This document shows, one piece after another, positions 9,200 to 18,891 of a stretch of DNA of 64,000 nt; position 1 is the stretch's first letter, and each line of letters begins with the position of its first letter. The position numbers and the translations under genes were made by a program. This DNA is from Candidatus Homeothermus arabinoxylanisolvens (GTDB lineage Bacteria > Bacteroidota > Bacteroidia > Bacteroidales > Muribaculaceae). The notes beneath the pieces are model-generated. The model had not been told where the DNA came from and did not search any database. It saw only the letters and a program-made list of their open reading frames with translations. The DNA lies in NCBI GenBank assembly GCA_001689405.1, contig LUJO01000049.1, forward strand, positions 11,864 through 75,863, given 5' to 3'.

Positions 9200-11374
9200 T
9201 TATTTTCCTTCGGGAGTTTTGATGTTGCCCGGTTTGGCCGGTTCGTTAATCAGGCCACGGTTGCGCAGAAGGGCTTCGGGAGTCGGCTTCTTGCCGCGGA
9301 ACTTGATATACAGCTCCATCGGATCGTCACTTCCGCCGGCTTCAAGAACATTCTCTTTGAACGCTTTTGCCGTTGCCGGATCAAATATGCCTTTTTCCTT
9401 AAACAGTTCGAAGCCGTCTGTATCAAGTACTTCTGCCCACAGATAGGTATAATAGCCTGAAGCATATCCGTCGCTTCCGAATATATGCTTGAAGTAGGGG
9501 CTGCGGTAGCGGTACTGTACCTCTTTGGGCATATTCAGTTTCTCGGCTACAGCTTTTTCAAAGCCTTCTATGTCTACATTTTCGGTATCGGTAAGTTTGC
9601 CCCACTGCAGGTCAAGAAGTGCGGCACCGGCAAGTTCCGTGGTAGTGAACCCCTGATTATGAGTGGCAGCCGCCTGAAGTTTGCTTATAAGAGCGTCAGG
9701 TATTGTTTCGCCGGTCTTGTAATGCTTGGCAAACATCTTGAGCATTTCCGGTTCCATGGCCCAATGTTCATGTATCTGCGAGGGGAGTTCCACAAAGTCG
9801 CGGTCAACGTTGGTGCCGGCCTGACTTTTGTATTTGGCACGCGATAACATGCCGTGAAGGCCGTGGCCGAATTCATGGAACATTGTCTCCACTTCGTCAA
9901 GCGTCAGCAGCGACGGGGTTTCGGCAGTGGCGGGAGTGAAGTTGCACACGTTGAATATAATAGGACGTTCTACATTGTCGCCGTCAACGAACGAGCCTTT
10001 GAATTCGCTCATCCAAGCTCCCTGACGTTTGCTCGCACGGGTGAAATAGTCGGTCATGAATACCGCTACATGCTTGCCTTCGGCATCTTTTACATCATAG
10101 ACCGTTACCTCGGGGTAGTACTTGGGTGCGTCGGGCATCTCGGTAAATGTCACTCCATATAGACGGTTGGCCATCTCGAAAATGCCTTTGCGTACATTAT
10201 CTATATGGAAGTACTGGCGTACTTCGTCCTCATCAAGATTGAACTTGTCTTTGCGCACCTTTTCAGCATAGTAATAGTAGTCCCACGGTTCGATGGTGAA
10301 CGTGTTGCCCTCTTTATTGCTGAGCGCTTGCATTTCGGCTACCTCTTCCTTTACACGAGCTATGGCCGGCTTCCATATCTGCATGAGGAGCTCCTCAGCA
10401 TTGGCTACGTTCTTGGCCATGACGTTGGCGGTCATGTAGTCGGCGTATGTGTCATATCCGAGCAGTTTGGCTTTACGGGCACGTAATTTCAGTATCTCGG
10501 CTATTACGGGGTAGTTGTTGTATTCACCTGACGATGCGAGAGTAGTGTAGCCCTTGTACATCTTTTCGCGCAGACCGCGGTTGTCGGCATACTGGAGAAG
10601 CGGCAGACGGCTCGGCGCATGCAGGGTAAACACCCACTTGCCGTCAAGGCCGCGCTTGGTCGCTTCTTCGGCGGCGACGGCTACGCTGGTTGCGGGAAGT
10701 CCGCTTAACTCCTCCTCATTTTCAACTACAATTGAAAACGCATTGGTAGCTGAAAGCAGGTTTTTGTTGAATTTAAGATACAGGTCGGCGAGTTTGCCGT
10801 TAAGCTCTTTGAGTTCCGACTTCTTGGCATCGTCGAGCAGAGCACCGTTGCGTACCATGCTCTCGTATGACTTTTCTATGAGCAGCCGCTGCGATTTGTC
10901 GTAGTTCATCTTGTCGCGGTTGTCGTACAGCACTTTGATGCGTTCAAAGAGTTTGGGGTTCATCGCTATCTCGTCGCTGTGTTTCGATACCAGCGGATAG
11001 AATTCTTCGCCGATAGCATTCATCTCGGGCGAAGAGTTGGATTCGTCAAGATTGAAAAATACGGCACATACTTTATCGAGAATAGGACCGCTATGATCGA
11101 GCGCGATAATGGTGTTCTCGAGTGTCGGTGCTTCCGTATTGCCGGCAATGGCCTCTACGGCTCTTTTCTGTTGTTCTATACCGGCTTTCAGTGCAGGCAG
11201 ATAGTCGGCATAGGTGATTTTGTCAAACGGCGGTATGTCATAAGGAGTGTCATACTCGCTCAGGAACGGATTTTTTTGTTTATCCATCGCGTTGGTGATG
11301 ATTGCCGTGGCTGCCGAAACACCTGTGATCAGCAGCGCCGAGGCAAGGATTAATTTTAGTTTTTTCATTTGCAA
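9200..11374 (-). CDS. dcp: M3-family zinc metallopeptidase (peptidyl-dipeptidase Dcp-like), secreted
   Basis: 724 aa with a signal peptide, the HEFGH zinc motif (MFHEFGHGLHGML) and M3-type length. Confidence 0.85.
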   Translation of the reverse strand: MQMKKLKLILASALLITGVSAATAIITNAMDKQKNPFLSEYDTPYDIPPFDKITYADYLPALKAGIEQQKRAVEAIAGNTEAPTLENTIIALDHSGPILDKVCAVFFNLDESNSSPEMNAIGEEFYPLVSKHSDEIAMNPKLFERIKVLYDNRDKMNYDKSQRLLIEKSYESMVRNGALLDDAKKSELKELNGKLADLYLKFNKNLLSATNAFSIVVENEEELSGLPATSVAVAAEEATKRGLDGKWVFTLHAPSRLPLLQYADNRGLREKMYKGYTTLASSGEYNNYPVIAEILKLRARKAKLLGYDTYADYMTANVMAKNVANAEELLMQIWKPAIARVKEEVAEMQALSNKEGNTFTIEPWDYYYYAEKVRKDKFNLDEDEVRQYFHIDNVRKGIFEMANRLYGVTFTEMPDAPKYYPEVTVYDVKDAEGKHVAVFMTDYFTRASKRQGAWMSEFKGSFVDGDNVERPIIFNVCNFTPATAETPSLLTLDEVETMFHEFGHGLHGMLSRAKYKSQAGTNVDRDFVELPSQIHEHWAMEPEMLKMFAKHYKTGETIPDALISKLQAAATHNQGFTTTELAGAALLDLQWGKLTDTENVDIEGFEKAVAEKLNMPKEVQYRYRSPYFKHIFGSDGYASGYYTYLWAEVLDTDGFELFKEKGIFDPATAKAFKENVLEAGGSDDPMELYIKFRGKKPTPEALLRNRGLINEPAKPGNIKTPEGK

Positions 11375-11396
11375 AAAAGTATAAGAAATTGGTTAT

Positions 11397-12524
11397 TTAC
11401 TCTTTGTTGTCCCGGATGAATGTGGCTGTAAGCGGATAGTGGTCGGAGCTGCGTATGTCGCCGCGTCTTATATCTATCGCCTTCAGGTTGCCACGATACA
11501 ATATGTGGTCGATGCGGAAATAAAAACGATTGGTATTGTATGTTATGACGGGTCCGAACGCACAGTCGGAGTACGCGTCGCGCAGTCCGCAGCTTTTGAT
11601 GGTGCGGTAGGCATAGCTCCCGGGCACGTCATTGAAGTCGCCTACAAGTATCACATTATCGCGTTGTCCCGACAGGAAGTCTTTTATACTTTGCGCCTGC
11701 TCCGCACGTGTGATGAATGCATTGGATAATTTGCCTATCAGGTCGTTTTTTACCTTTGTCAGTTCCGATTTGGTAGGCCGCATGTCTTTGTCGGTAAGGT
11801 CACGGTACAGTTCCTTGTCGTCGGGAGTAAGCCCTATCGACTGCAGATGACAGTTTATCACCGTAGTCGCATGGCCGTCTATGTTCACTTCGTAAGCGGT
11901 ATAGTGTCCCGAACCCCAGTCAGGTTGAGGCGTGTCGATGACTTCAAACGGATACTTTGACAATAAAGTCTCGCCGGCACGGTCAGGCTGTTCCGTATAA
12001 TAAGGATAAATGGCGGCGATAGAATCGCGTTGGGCTTTGTTGCCGTATGCTCCGGGACCGTGCAGGGGGGCGGCCTCCTGAAGACACACGATGTCGGCAC
12101 CGCTGTTTATTATATACGACAAAGTGCGGTTGCCCCATGAAGGAGACGCTCCTTCGTTGTCGCGAAATCCGAGTACATTGTATGTTAATACGGAGAACTC
12201 TGTTTCCTTTTCTTCGGGAGTAAGAGAACCGAAATTGAAGTTAACCGGAAATATAGTCAGGAGAGGGCCGGCACAAAGCAGCAGTGTTATCCCGAACATT
12301 ACGGTAAGGCGTTTTACGGCAATGAAATTTATGGCAAGAAGTATGGCCGACAGTATGACCCAGCCGCCGAATGTCATGTTGGCAAGCTGTGTGAGAGGAA
12401 ATACACGTGGCGGTATGTAGCCTCCGTATGCGGCCAGCAGTGTACATAGCGCCACGAGCACGTTGATGCCCACCCATACTGCGAGTATGGATGATCTAAG
12501 TACCGATGTTATGCTTCTGCTCAT
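11397..12524 (-). CDS. Membrane-anchored endonuclease/exonuclease/phosphatase (EEP) family protein
   Basis: 375 aa with about four N-terminal TM helices. The EEP-like domain follows (VLTYNV..., IVCLQE, GDFND, SDHYPL). Confidence 0.75.
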   Translation of the reverse strand: MSRSITSVLRSSILAVWVGINVLVALCTLLAAYGGYIPPRVFPLTQLANMTFGGWVILSAILLAINFIAVKRLTVMFGITLLLCAGPLLTIFPVNFNFGSLTPEEKETEFSVLTYNVLGFRDNEGASPSWGNRTLSYIINSGADIVCLQEAAPLHGPGAYGNKAQRDSIAAIYPYYTEQPDRAGETLLSKYPFEVIDTPQPDWGSGHYTAYEVNIDGHATTVINCHLQSIGLTPDDKELYRDLTDKDMRPTKSELTKVKNDLIGKLSNAFITRAEQAQSIKDFLSGQRDNVILVGDFNDVPGSYAYRTIKSCGLRDAYSDCAFGPVITYNTNRFYFRIDHILYRGNLKAIDIRRGDIRSSDHYPLTATFIRDNKE

Positions 12525-12541
12525 ATGTCTCTGTCTCTTTG

Positions 12542-13447
12542 TTACTTTATGCGTCGGCTTATGTCAAACAGCCGCTTTTTCTCTTCGGCGCTAAGTGCTC
12601 CGTAACCCGACTTTTTGACTTTGTCGAGAATCTCGTCAAGAGATGTCTCGTCGGCCTTTGACGATGTCTTGGCTTTTTCGGAAGCTCCTGAAGCGGTGCC
12701 GGTGCGGTATGAGGTGCCTCCCGATTGTCTGCTGTTCGCTTTGGGCTGTCGCGGAGCCGTCATGCGTTTCCACAAATTAACAACTGAATCAGTCATGGAG
12801 TTGAACGGAGCGGCTATATTGACGCCTTTACGCTGTGCTATTGCGTAAATAGCCCCGGTTATTGCTCCGCCTATGTGTGCCATATGTCCGCCCCCGTTAT
12901 TGCCGCCCATGCTTAGCAGATCTATGGCTATCGTAATTATGGCAAGCCACTTCAGCGATATCTCGCCTAAAAAAAGAAGGCCTACTTTATAGTCGGGTTG
13001 TCTTATGGCTGTTGCCGTGACGATGGCAAGTACTGATGCCGATGAACCGATAAGAAGTCCGTAGGTGTCCATTGCCGCGTAGCCGGCAATAAACAGTGCC
13101 GCTCCGCCCAAGCCACCGTATATATATAGCGCACACATGTTTTTGGATGAGTCGGCAAGCAAAAATATCGATCCAAACCAATAAAGCCATACCATGTTGA
13201 ACAGCAGATGCAAAAAGTCATACTGCGAGAACATATAGGTGAACACAGTCCATGGCCTGACAGCAAGGGCTGAAAGCTGCGAGGGCATCTCCACCAGACC
13301 GAGCGCGAGCTGTGCCGGCTGGCCGCTTATCGACAGTATGAGAGTGGCGATATTCAGTATTATGAATACCGCTATGTTGACAAATACGAGTTTTATGAGC
13401 ATGGACCCGTATCGCCATTTATAACGCAGATTGTCAATAATATCCAT
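12542..13447 (-). CDS. Rhomboid-family intramembrane serine protease with a long cytoplasmic tail
   Basis: 301 aa, polytopic, with a GSSAS serine motif and an HIGGAITG histidine motif. It has an Ala/Ser/Lys-rich C-terminal extension. Confidence 0.75.
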   Translation of the reverse strand: MDIIDNLRYKWRYGSMLIKLVFVNIAVFIILNIATLILSISGQPAQLALGLVEMPSQLSALAVRPWTVFTYMFSQYDFLHLLFNMVWLYWFGSIFLLADSSKNMCALYIYGGLGGAALFIAGYAAMDTYGLLIGSSASVLAIVTATAIRQPDYKVGLLFLGEISLKWLAIITIAIDLLSMGGNNGGGHMAHIGGAITGAIYAIAQRKGVNIAAPFNSMTDSVVNLWKRMTAPRQPKANSRQSGGTSYRTGTASGASEKAKTSSKADETSLDEILDKVKKSGYGALSAEEKKRLFDISRRIK

Positions 13448-14213
13448 TGCCTCCTACTATGCCTTTGCGTTTCCAGTGCAGAATGATGAAGAAGCCGAAT
13501 ATCATGCCGCCGAGGTGAGCGAAGTGCGCTATGCCGTCAGATGCGGAGCTCAGGCCGAGTGATAGCTCTATCAGGCCGTATCCGAGCACCATCCACTTCG
13601 CTTTTATAGGAACGGGTATAAACATGAGGTACAGCGGACGGTTGGGAAACAGCATGCCGAATGCAAGCAGCACTCCGTATATGGCTCCCGATGCTCCTAC
13701 GGTGACGAGAGCGTTCTCAATGTTCTGCTTGAGGTGCATCAGCTCCACGGGCGATATGTATGATTTGGCCTGCTCCATGCTCATGCCGTTGGCGTGAGCG
13801 AAGTTGGCTATTATCATCTCTACGTTTTTGGTTATGTAGGAGTTCATCATCAGGGCCCATGTGAGTTCCTGTATGATGGCAGCCCCTATGCCGCATGATA
13901 TGTAGTAGAACAGGAAACGCTTGCCTCCGAGCACTCGCTCAAGTGTTATGCCGAACATGAACAGAGTGAACATGTTGAAAAACAGGTGGGCTATGCCTTG
14001 TGTGGAGTGCATGAACATATAGCTTATCACCTGAATGACATTGAAGTCGGGTGCGGTGATGTAGTGGAGGCCTCCGTAACGTACGAAGTCTATGCCGAGT
14101 CTGTCGGGCAATACCATCATAGCCAGCCATATGATGGCATTGATTATAATCAGGTTTTTGGTTACAGGCGGTATTACGCCGAAAAATGAACCACCGTTTC
14201 TTATCATTCTCAA
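13434..14213 (-). CDS. Rhomboid-family intramembrane serine protease
   Basis: 259 aa with the GASGAIYG catalytic Ser motif and HLGGMIFG His motif. It overlaps the next rhomboid gene by 14 nt. Confidence 0.85.
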   Translation of the reverse strand: MRMIRNGGSFFGVIPPVTKNLIIINAIIWLAMMVLPDRLGIDFVRYGGLHYITAPDFNVIQVISYMFMHSTQGIAHLFFNMFTLFMFGITLERVLGGKRFLFYYISCGIGAAIIQELTWALMMNSYITKNVEMIIANFAHANGMSMEQAKSYISPVELMHLKQNIENALVTVGASGAIYGVLLAFGMLFPNRPLYLMFIPVPIKAKWMVLGYGLIELSLGLSSASDGIAHFAHLGGMIFGFFIILHWKRKGIVGGNGYY

Positions 14214-14238
14214 ATATAAAAATGTTGATTTGCGTTTA

Positions 14239-14246
14239 CAAATTTA
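14239..14246 (-). promoter_or_regulatory. Candidate -7 promoter box for the rhomboid operon
   Basis: CAAATTTA on the + strand equals TAAATTTG on the - strand, 26 nt upstream of the start at 14213. Confidence 0.35.
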
Positions 14247-14351
14247 CTCAAAATATCCCGTTTTACACCCCTCCGCCAAATAATTGCGCCATATAGGAGC
14301 TATTTTTCGCATTTTTTTTGCAAAAAATATTTTTATTTAAAAATTTCACGT

Positions 14352-14359
14352 TATATTTG
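14352..14359 (+). promoter_or_regulatory. Candidate -7 promoter box for the HU gene
   Basis: TATATTTG matches TAnnTTTG, 43 nt upstream of the ATG at 14402. Confidence 0.45.
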
Positions 14360-14401
14360 TAACATCTAAACGATTGTAAATCCATTTAATTTATCACAAT
14401 T

Positions 14402-14674
14402 ATGAACAAAACAGACTTGGTCAATGCCATTGCAGAGAAGGCTAACCTAACAAAAGTTGATGCAAAGAACGCACTTGATGCTTGCCTTGAAGCTATCGCA
14501 GGAGCATTGGAGAGTGATGACAAGGTCGCTCTTATCGGATTCGGTACATTTGCCGTTACTGAAAAGGGTGCACGCACAGGCATCAATCCCCGCACAAAAG
14601 AAACTATTAACATTCCCGCCCGCAAAGTTGTTAAATTTAAGCCGGGTGCCGAACTTGCCTCTAAGGTAAACTAA
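14402..14674 (+). CDS. hup: HU-family DNA-binding protein
   Basis: 90 aa, MNKTDLVNAIAEKANLTK...GFGTF...RTGINPRTKE...IPARKVVKFKPG, the classical HU signature. Confidence 0.95.
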   Translation: MNKTDLVNAIAEKANLTKVDAKNALDACLEAIAGALESDDKVALIGFGTFAVTEKGARTGINPRTKETINIPARKVVKFKPGAELASKVN

Positions 14675-14716
14675 TATTTCTTTAAGAAGTATATTTAAAA
14701 TACTTGACCTTATCTG

Positions 14717-14757
14717 ATACGACCGCTGCTATCGCTTATGCGTAATGGCGGTCGTAT
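14717..14757 (+). terminator. Hairpin downstream of the HU gene
   Basis: 10-bp perfect stem ATACGACCGC / GCGGTCGTAT with a 21-nt loop and a weak T tract. Confidence 0.4.
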
Positions 14758-14804
14758 TGTGTACTTATAAAACAGAGGTTTATCCAAAACAAATTATATA
14801 GAAG

Positions 14805-15407
14805 ATGAAATTAATTAAAGGATTTATTTTGGCCGCTGTCATGGTTTTTGCGGCTATGCCGATGTCGGCTCAGTTTCGTATCGGCCCCCGTGTAGGTGTG
14901 GCTGTCAATGACATGCACTTCAATAAGAGTGTTTTTGATGGTGACAATCGCGCCGGATTCACTGCCGGTGTCATGACGGAGTTTACCGTTCCCGTGGTCG
15001 GTATAGGTTTTGACTTGTCGGCCATGTATGTACGTCGTTCGGCAAAGTGGATGGATGGCAACGACATGGTTAAAGACAATCGTGACTACATCGACATACC
15101 TCTTAACCTTAAGTGGAAAATCGGAGTACCCCTCGTCGGTAAGATCATAACTCCTTATCTTACTACTGGTCCTGCATTCTCGTTCCTTACAAGCCGTCGT
15201 GCCATAAGTGACGCATACAAGAACAAGAGTGTAGACGTAGCTTGGAACTTCGGTTTCGGCGTGCAGCTTATACAGCATATTCAGGTGGGAGCAAGCTATG
15301 GTCTCGGTCTTACCAAAGCCGTGAATAAGCTTAATATAAACGACGGCAAAGGCGGTGTTGAAGGCAAGAACCGTTACTGGACTATAACAGCCGCTTATCT
15401 GTTCTGA
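14805..15407 (+). CDS. Small outer-membrane beta-barrel (porin-family, OMP_b-brl_2-like) protein
   Basis: 200 aa with a signal peptide (AAMPMSAQ), alternating beta-strand pattern and a C-terminal ...AAYLF. Confidence 0.7.
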   Translation: MKLIKGFILAAVMVFAAMPMSAQFRIGPRVGVAVNDMHFNKSVFDGDNRAGFTAGVMTEFTVPVVGIGFDLSAMYVRRSAKWMDGNDMVKDNRDYIDIPLNLKWKIGVPLVGKIITPYLTTGPAFSFLTSRRAISDAYKNKSVDVAWNFGFGVQLIQHIQVGASYGLGLTKAVNKLNINDGKGGVEGKNRYWTITAAYLF

Positions 15408-15432
15408 TAAACAGACTGTTGACATTATTGTC

Positions 15433-15468
15433 ATATGCCGCATCAACATTGATGCGGCATATTTTTTT
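15433..15468 (+). terminator. Rho-independent terminator
   Basis: 12-bp perfect stem ATATGCCGCATC / GATGCGGCATAT with a 6-nt loop, followed by TTTTTT. Confidence 0.75.
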
Positions 15469-15488
15469 GTTATTTGGACAAAAGTATA

Positions 15489-15496
15489 TAACTTTG
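15489..15496 (+). promoter_or_regulatory. Candidate promoter (-7 box) for the B12 riboswitch/btuB transcript
   Basis: TAACTTTG matches TAnnTTTG, and a TTTG at 15466-15469 gives 19-nt spacing as in the Bacteroides -33/-7 consensus. Confidence 0.5.
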
Positions 15497-15675
15497 CGGT
15501 CGCTTCGGTTCTCCATAGCTTAAGGCGAAGGAGATTAAAAGGGAACACGGGTGAAAATCCCGGACAGTCCCGCTGCGGTAATTTTCATATGGGGTCGGAC
15601 ATGGGCCACTTTTGTCGTTGACAATGGGAAGGCGTCCGATAGCCCCGAAATGAGTCCGAAGACCTGCCGGCGCTT
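15497..15675 (+). promoter_or_regulatory. Cobalamin (B12) riboswitch
   Basis: Conserved core AAAAGGGAACACGGGTGAAAATCCCGGACAGTCCCGCTGCGGTAA, GCCACT...GGGAAGGC, and a B12-box-like AGTCCGAAGACCTGCCGG. It sits just upstream of a TonB-dependent receptor. Confidence 0.85.
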
Positions 15676-15701
15676 AATTTATTAATGTTTTTCTTTCGAG
15701 G

Positions 15702-17732
15702 ATGAGAGGACATAACCTATTGTTATCGCGTGTTTTGTGCGGTAGCCGTTCTTTGTTGGGAGTGGCTCTGCTTACTGTCGTTTCACCTGCATACGTGCAT
15801 GCCGACACTATTACCGGCAAAGTGCATCGCATACAGGAAGTCACTGTTTCTTCCCGCCGGTCGCCGATAAAAGTATCATCGGCAATTCCCGTACAGACTT
15901 TGTCGGGAGCCGACATTTCGCAGCTCGGCATCCAGAATATGGCCGACGCCGTGAGGCGTTTCGCCGGCGCCAATGTCAGGGACTATGGCGGCATCGGCGG
16001 TTTAAAGACCGTGTCGGTGCGCAATATGGGCGCGGCACATACTGCGGTGAGTTACGACGGTGCTCCTGTAAGTAACTGTCAGGCCGGACAGATTGATATC
16101 GGTCGCTTTTCTCTTGACAATGTGGCGATGCTTTCACTCGCCGTAGGACAGAATGATGACATGCTTCAGGCAGCCAAACTGTATGCCTCGGCTGCGGTAT
16201 TGGGCATACGCACCGAACGTCCGGTGTTTGATGACGGCCGCTCCTCGGCTTTTCGGCTTATGGTCAAAGGCGGGTCATTCGGCTATGTAAGCCCTTCATT
16301 CCGCTGGTGGCAGAAATTTAATGACAGGCTGGTGACATCGGTCGACGGCAATTTCCTTAGAGCTGACGGTAACTACCCGTTTAAATTGGTCAATGGCAAA
16401 TATGTCACTACGGAGCGCCGCAATAATTCTGCAATAGATTCATGGCATAGCGAGGCAAATATGTTTTATTCATTCCCCCAAGCCGGAGAGCTTCAGGTGA
16501 AAGGCTATTACTTTTATTCAAAGCGCGGATTGCCCGGAGCTATAACATTATATAATCCGGTATCTACCGAGACACTATGGGACAAAAACGCATTTATGCA
16601 GATGCGATACAGCCGTCGCTTTTCTCGAAAATGGGAGTTGCAGGTCCAAGGGAAATATAACTACGGCTGGAACCGTGACCGTGAGTTCGGCCCGCAGTTT
16701 ACGGGCGGCGTGTATAATGCCGTACATAAGCAGAATGAATATTATCTTTCGGCCACAGGGCTTTATCGTCCGCTGTCAGAACTTACTGTCGCTTTCGCTC
16801 AGGACGGTGTGATAAATACTCTTAGGAGTACAATGGTCGACTGTCCTTATCCTGACCGTTATACATCGTTGAGCGCACTGAGTATGAGGTGGCAGCGTCG
16901 ATTGTTTACTGTCACCGGCACTTTGGTCGGCACATACATAACCGAAACGGTCAAGGAGGGTGAGCGCCCCGACGATATAAAAAGGCTGTCGCCGAGCCTT
17001 TCGGTCAATGTACAGCCGTGGAGCGATGAAATGCTCTTTTTCAGAGCCATGTATAAAAGTACGTTCCGTACACCGTCATTTAACGATCTGTATTATTACC
17101 GTCTCGGCAACCGTACATTGCGACCCGAAAAGGCTGACGAATTTGACGTGGGCATCACTTGGAGCCGTTCGTTGTTTCCGGCAATGGACTATATGTCGGT
17201 TACGGTCGATGCCTTTTACAATGACGTGACTGACAAGATAGTCGCTTTCCCTACGACTTATGCATGGCGCATGGTAAACTTCGGTAAGGTTCACGTGACG
17301 GGAGCTGACGTGACATTGGCTTCGGCATTTTCACTTACCCGTGATGTGAAACTGATGGTTTCAGGCGCCTACACATGGCAGCGGGCTGTCGACCTTACCG
17401 ATTCTGACTCTAAAACATATAAAGACCTGCTGCCATACACGCCCGAACATAGCGGCAATGCGTCATGTGTCGTAGAGACGCCGTGGGTGAATGTCGGTTA
17501 TTCGGTAGTAGCGGTGGGCAAGCGCTATTTTATGTCGGAAAACATACCGGCTAATGAAATTGACGGTTATGCCGAGCATACTCTCACTTTGTCGCGTGAG
17601 CTTGACCTGAGGAGATGCCGTCTTAAACTGCAGGGCGAGATTGTCAATCTTACCGACTGCCAGTATGATGTCATAAAGTATTATCCTATGCCCGGACGGT
17701 CATGGCGTATTACAGGTACATTTACATTCTAA
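15702..17732 (+). CDS. btuB: TonB-dependent receptor, vitamin B12 transporter BtuB-like
   Basis: 676 aa with a plug domain (VQTLSGADISQLGIQNMADAVRR...SVRNMG) and a barrel ending ...ITGTFTF. It is preceded by the cobalamin riboswitch. Confidence 0.8.
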   Translation: MRGHNLLLSRVLCGSRSLLGVALLTVVSPAYVHADTITGKVHRIQEVTVSSRRSPIKVSSAIPVQTLSGADISQLGIQNMADAVRRFAGANVRDYGGIGGLKTVSVRNMGAAHTAVSYDGAPVSNCQAGQIDIGRFSLDNVAMLSLAVGQNDDMLQAAKLYASAAVLGIRTERPVFDDGRSSAFRLMVKGGSFGYVSPSFRWWQKFNDRLVTSVDGNFLRADGNYPFKLVNGKYVTTERRNNSAIDSWHSEANMFYSFPQAGELQVKGYYFYSKRGLPGAITLYNPVSTETLWDKNAFMQMRYSRRFSRKWELQVQGKYNYGWNRDREFGPQFTGGVYNAVHKQNEYYLSATGLYRPLSELTVAFAQDGVINTLRSTMVDCPYPDRYTSLSALSMRWQRRLFTVTGTLVGTYITETVKEGERPDDIKRLSPSLSVNVQPWSDEMLFFRAMYKSTFRTPSFNDLYYYRLGNRTLRPEKADEFDVGITWSRSLFPAMDYMSVTVDAFYNDVTDKIVAFPTTYAWRMVNFGKVHVTGADVTLASAFSLTRDVKLMVSGAYTWQRAVDLTDSDSKTYKDLLPYTPEHSGNASCVVETPWVNVGYSVVAVGKRYFMSENIPANEIDGYAEHTLTLSRELDLRRCRLKLQGEIVNLTDCQYDVIKYYPMPGRSWRITGTFTF

Positions 17733-17749
17733 CCAATATATTTTAATTT

Positions 17750-18880
17750 ATGAGAATCAGAAGTTTTCTATTGGGTGCCTTATGCACACTCGGTTTAGGT
17801 ATGGTTTTGCCGTCATGTAGCGATGATGACAACGGATGGGACGATGGCGACTCTAAAGTTGAATTGCCTGACTCGCGGGTATACATTCTTAATGAAGGTT
17901 CGATAGGGATGAACAACGCCGGTATAGCGTTCTATAATCCTCAGGACGGCAGCATTATCGATGACATTTTCTATCGTCAGAACGACAGCGGTCTTGGCGA
18001 TACGGGCCAGAGTATGATACGTTACAACGGCAGTATATATGTAGCTGTATACGGCTCCAATTACATAGCCAGACTGAATGCCGCATGTGTGCAGGAGAAG
18101 CGCACGCTGTTTTCATCAGACCCCGAACTGCAGGGCGGGGTGCGGTACATAGCCGCCGAGGACGGATATATCTACGCTTCGTTCTATGGCGGTATTATGG
18201 CAAAGATCGATGCCGCTACACTTGAAGTAAAGGCTAAACTTAAAGGTCTCGGCGCTAATCTTGAAGGTGTGGTTATATGCGATGACAACCTTTATGTAGC
18301 CAATTCTTATGAGATTGTCTTCAATCCGGCAACCAATAAAAACGATTATGTATATAAAAAGGAGGTCAAGGTCATAGACCTGAAGACTTTCTCGCTTAAA
18401 GAGACGTTGACAGTGGCTCAGAACCCCAACAAGCTTGTCGAGGAGGATGATAATGTGTTCTTGATTTCATGGGACTATTTTGACGAAAGCTACGTATTGC
18501 AGCGTATTGAGCCAAAGAGCAATAATAAAGTGAGCAAAATCGGTTATGCCACTGACATGGCTGCCGGCGACGATGTAATCTATCTTGTTGATTCGCGTAC
18601 CGACTGGAGTACCCGTACCACTACCAATACTTTCAGCTACTATGACATAAATGCCGGTCGCCTTGTAGGCACATCATTCTTGAAAGACGCTCCTGCCGAG
18701 CTTACTTCCAAGAGTATATCCATGATGGCTGTCAGTGAGGAGAACGGTGACATATATATAGGTACTACCGTATGGGCTGAGGGTAACGGCACTATGTACC
18801 GCTTCAGAAAGGACGGTACGTTTGTGGAGAAATTTGACTGCGGCGGCCAGAACCCGAAAACTGCCGTATTCTTTAACTAA
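17750..18880 (+). CDS. Surface lipoprotein with beta-propeller-like repeats, BtuG-like candidate
   Basis: 376 aa with a lipobox followed by an acidic export signal (LPSCSDDDNGWDDGD). It carries repeated blade-like motifs (IYVAVYGSNYIARL, IYASFYGGIMAKID, LYVANSYE). Its position between btuB and btuF matches described Bacteroides B12 loci. Confidence 0.55.
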   Translation: MRIRSFLLGALCTLGLGMVLPSCSDDDNGWDDGDSKVELPDSRVYILNEGSIGMNNAGIAFYNPQDGSIIDDIFYRQNDSGLGDTGQSMIRYNGSIYVAVYGSNYIARLNAACVQEKRTLFSSDPELQGGVRYIAAEDGYIYASFYGGIMAKIDAATLEVKAKLKGLGANLEGVVICDDNLYVANSYEIVFNPATNKNDYVYKKEVKVIDLKTFSLKETLTVAQNPNKLVEEDDNVFLISWDYFDESYVLQRIEPKSNNKVSKIGYATDMAAGDDVIYLVDSRTDWSTRTTTNTFSYYDINAGRLVGTSFLKDAPAELTSKSISMMAVSEENGDIYIGTTVWAEGNGTMYRFRKDGTFVEKFDCGGQNPKTAVFFN

Positions 18881-18891
18881 AAACTATCTGT

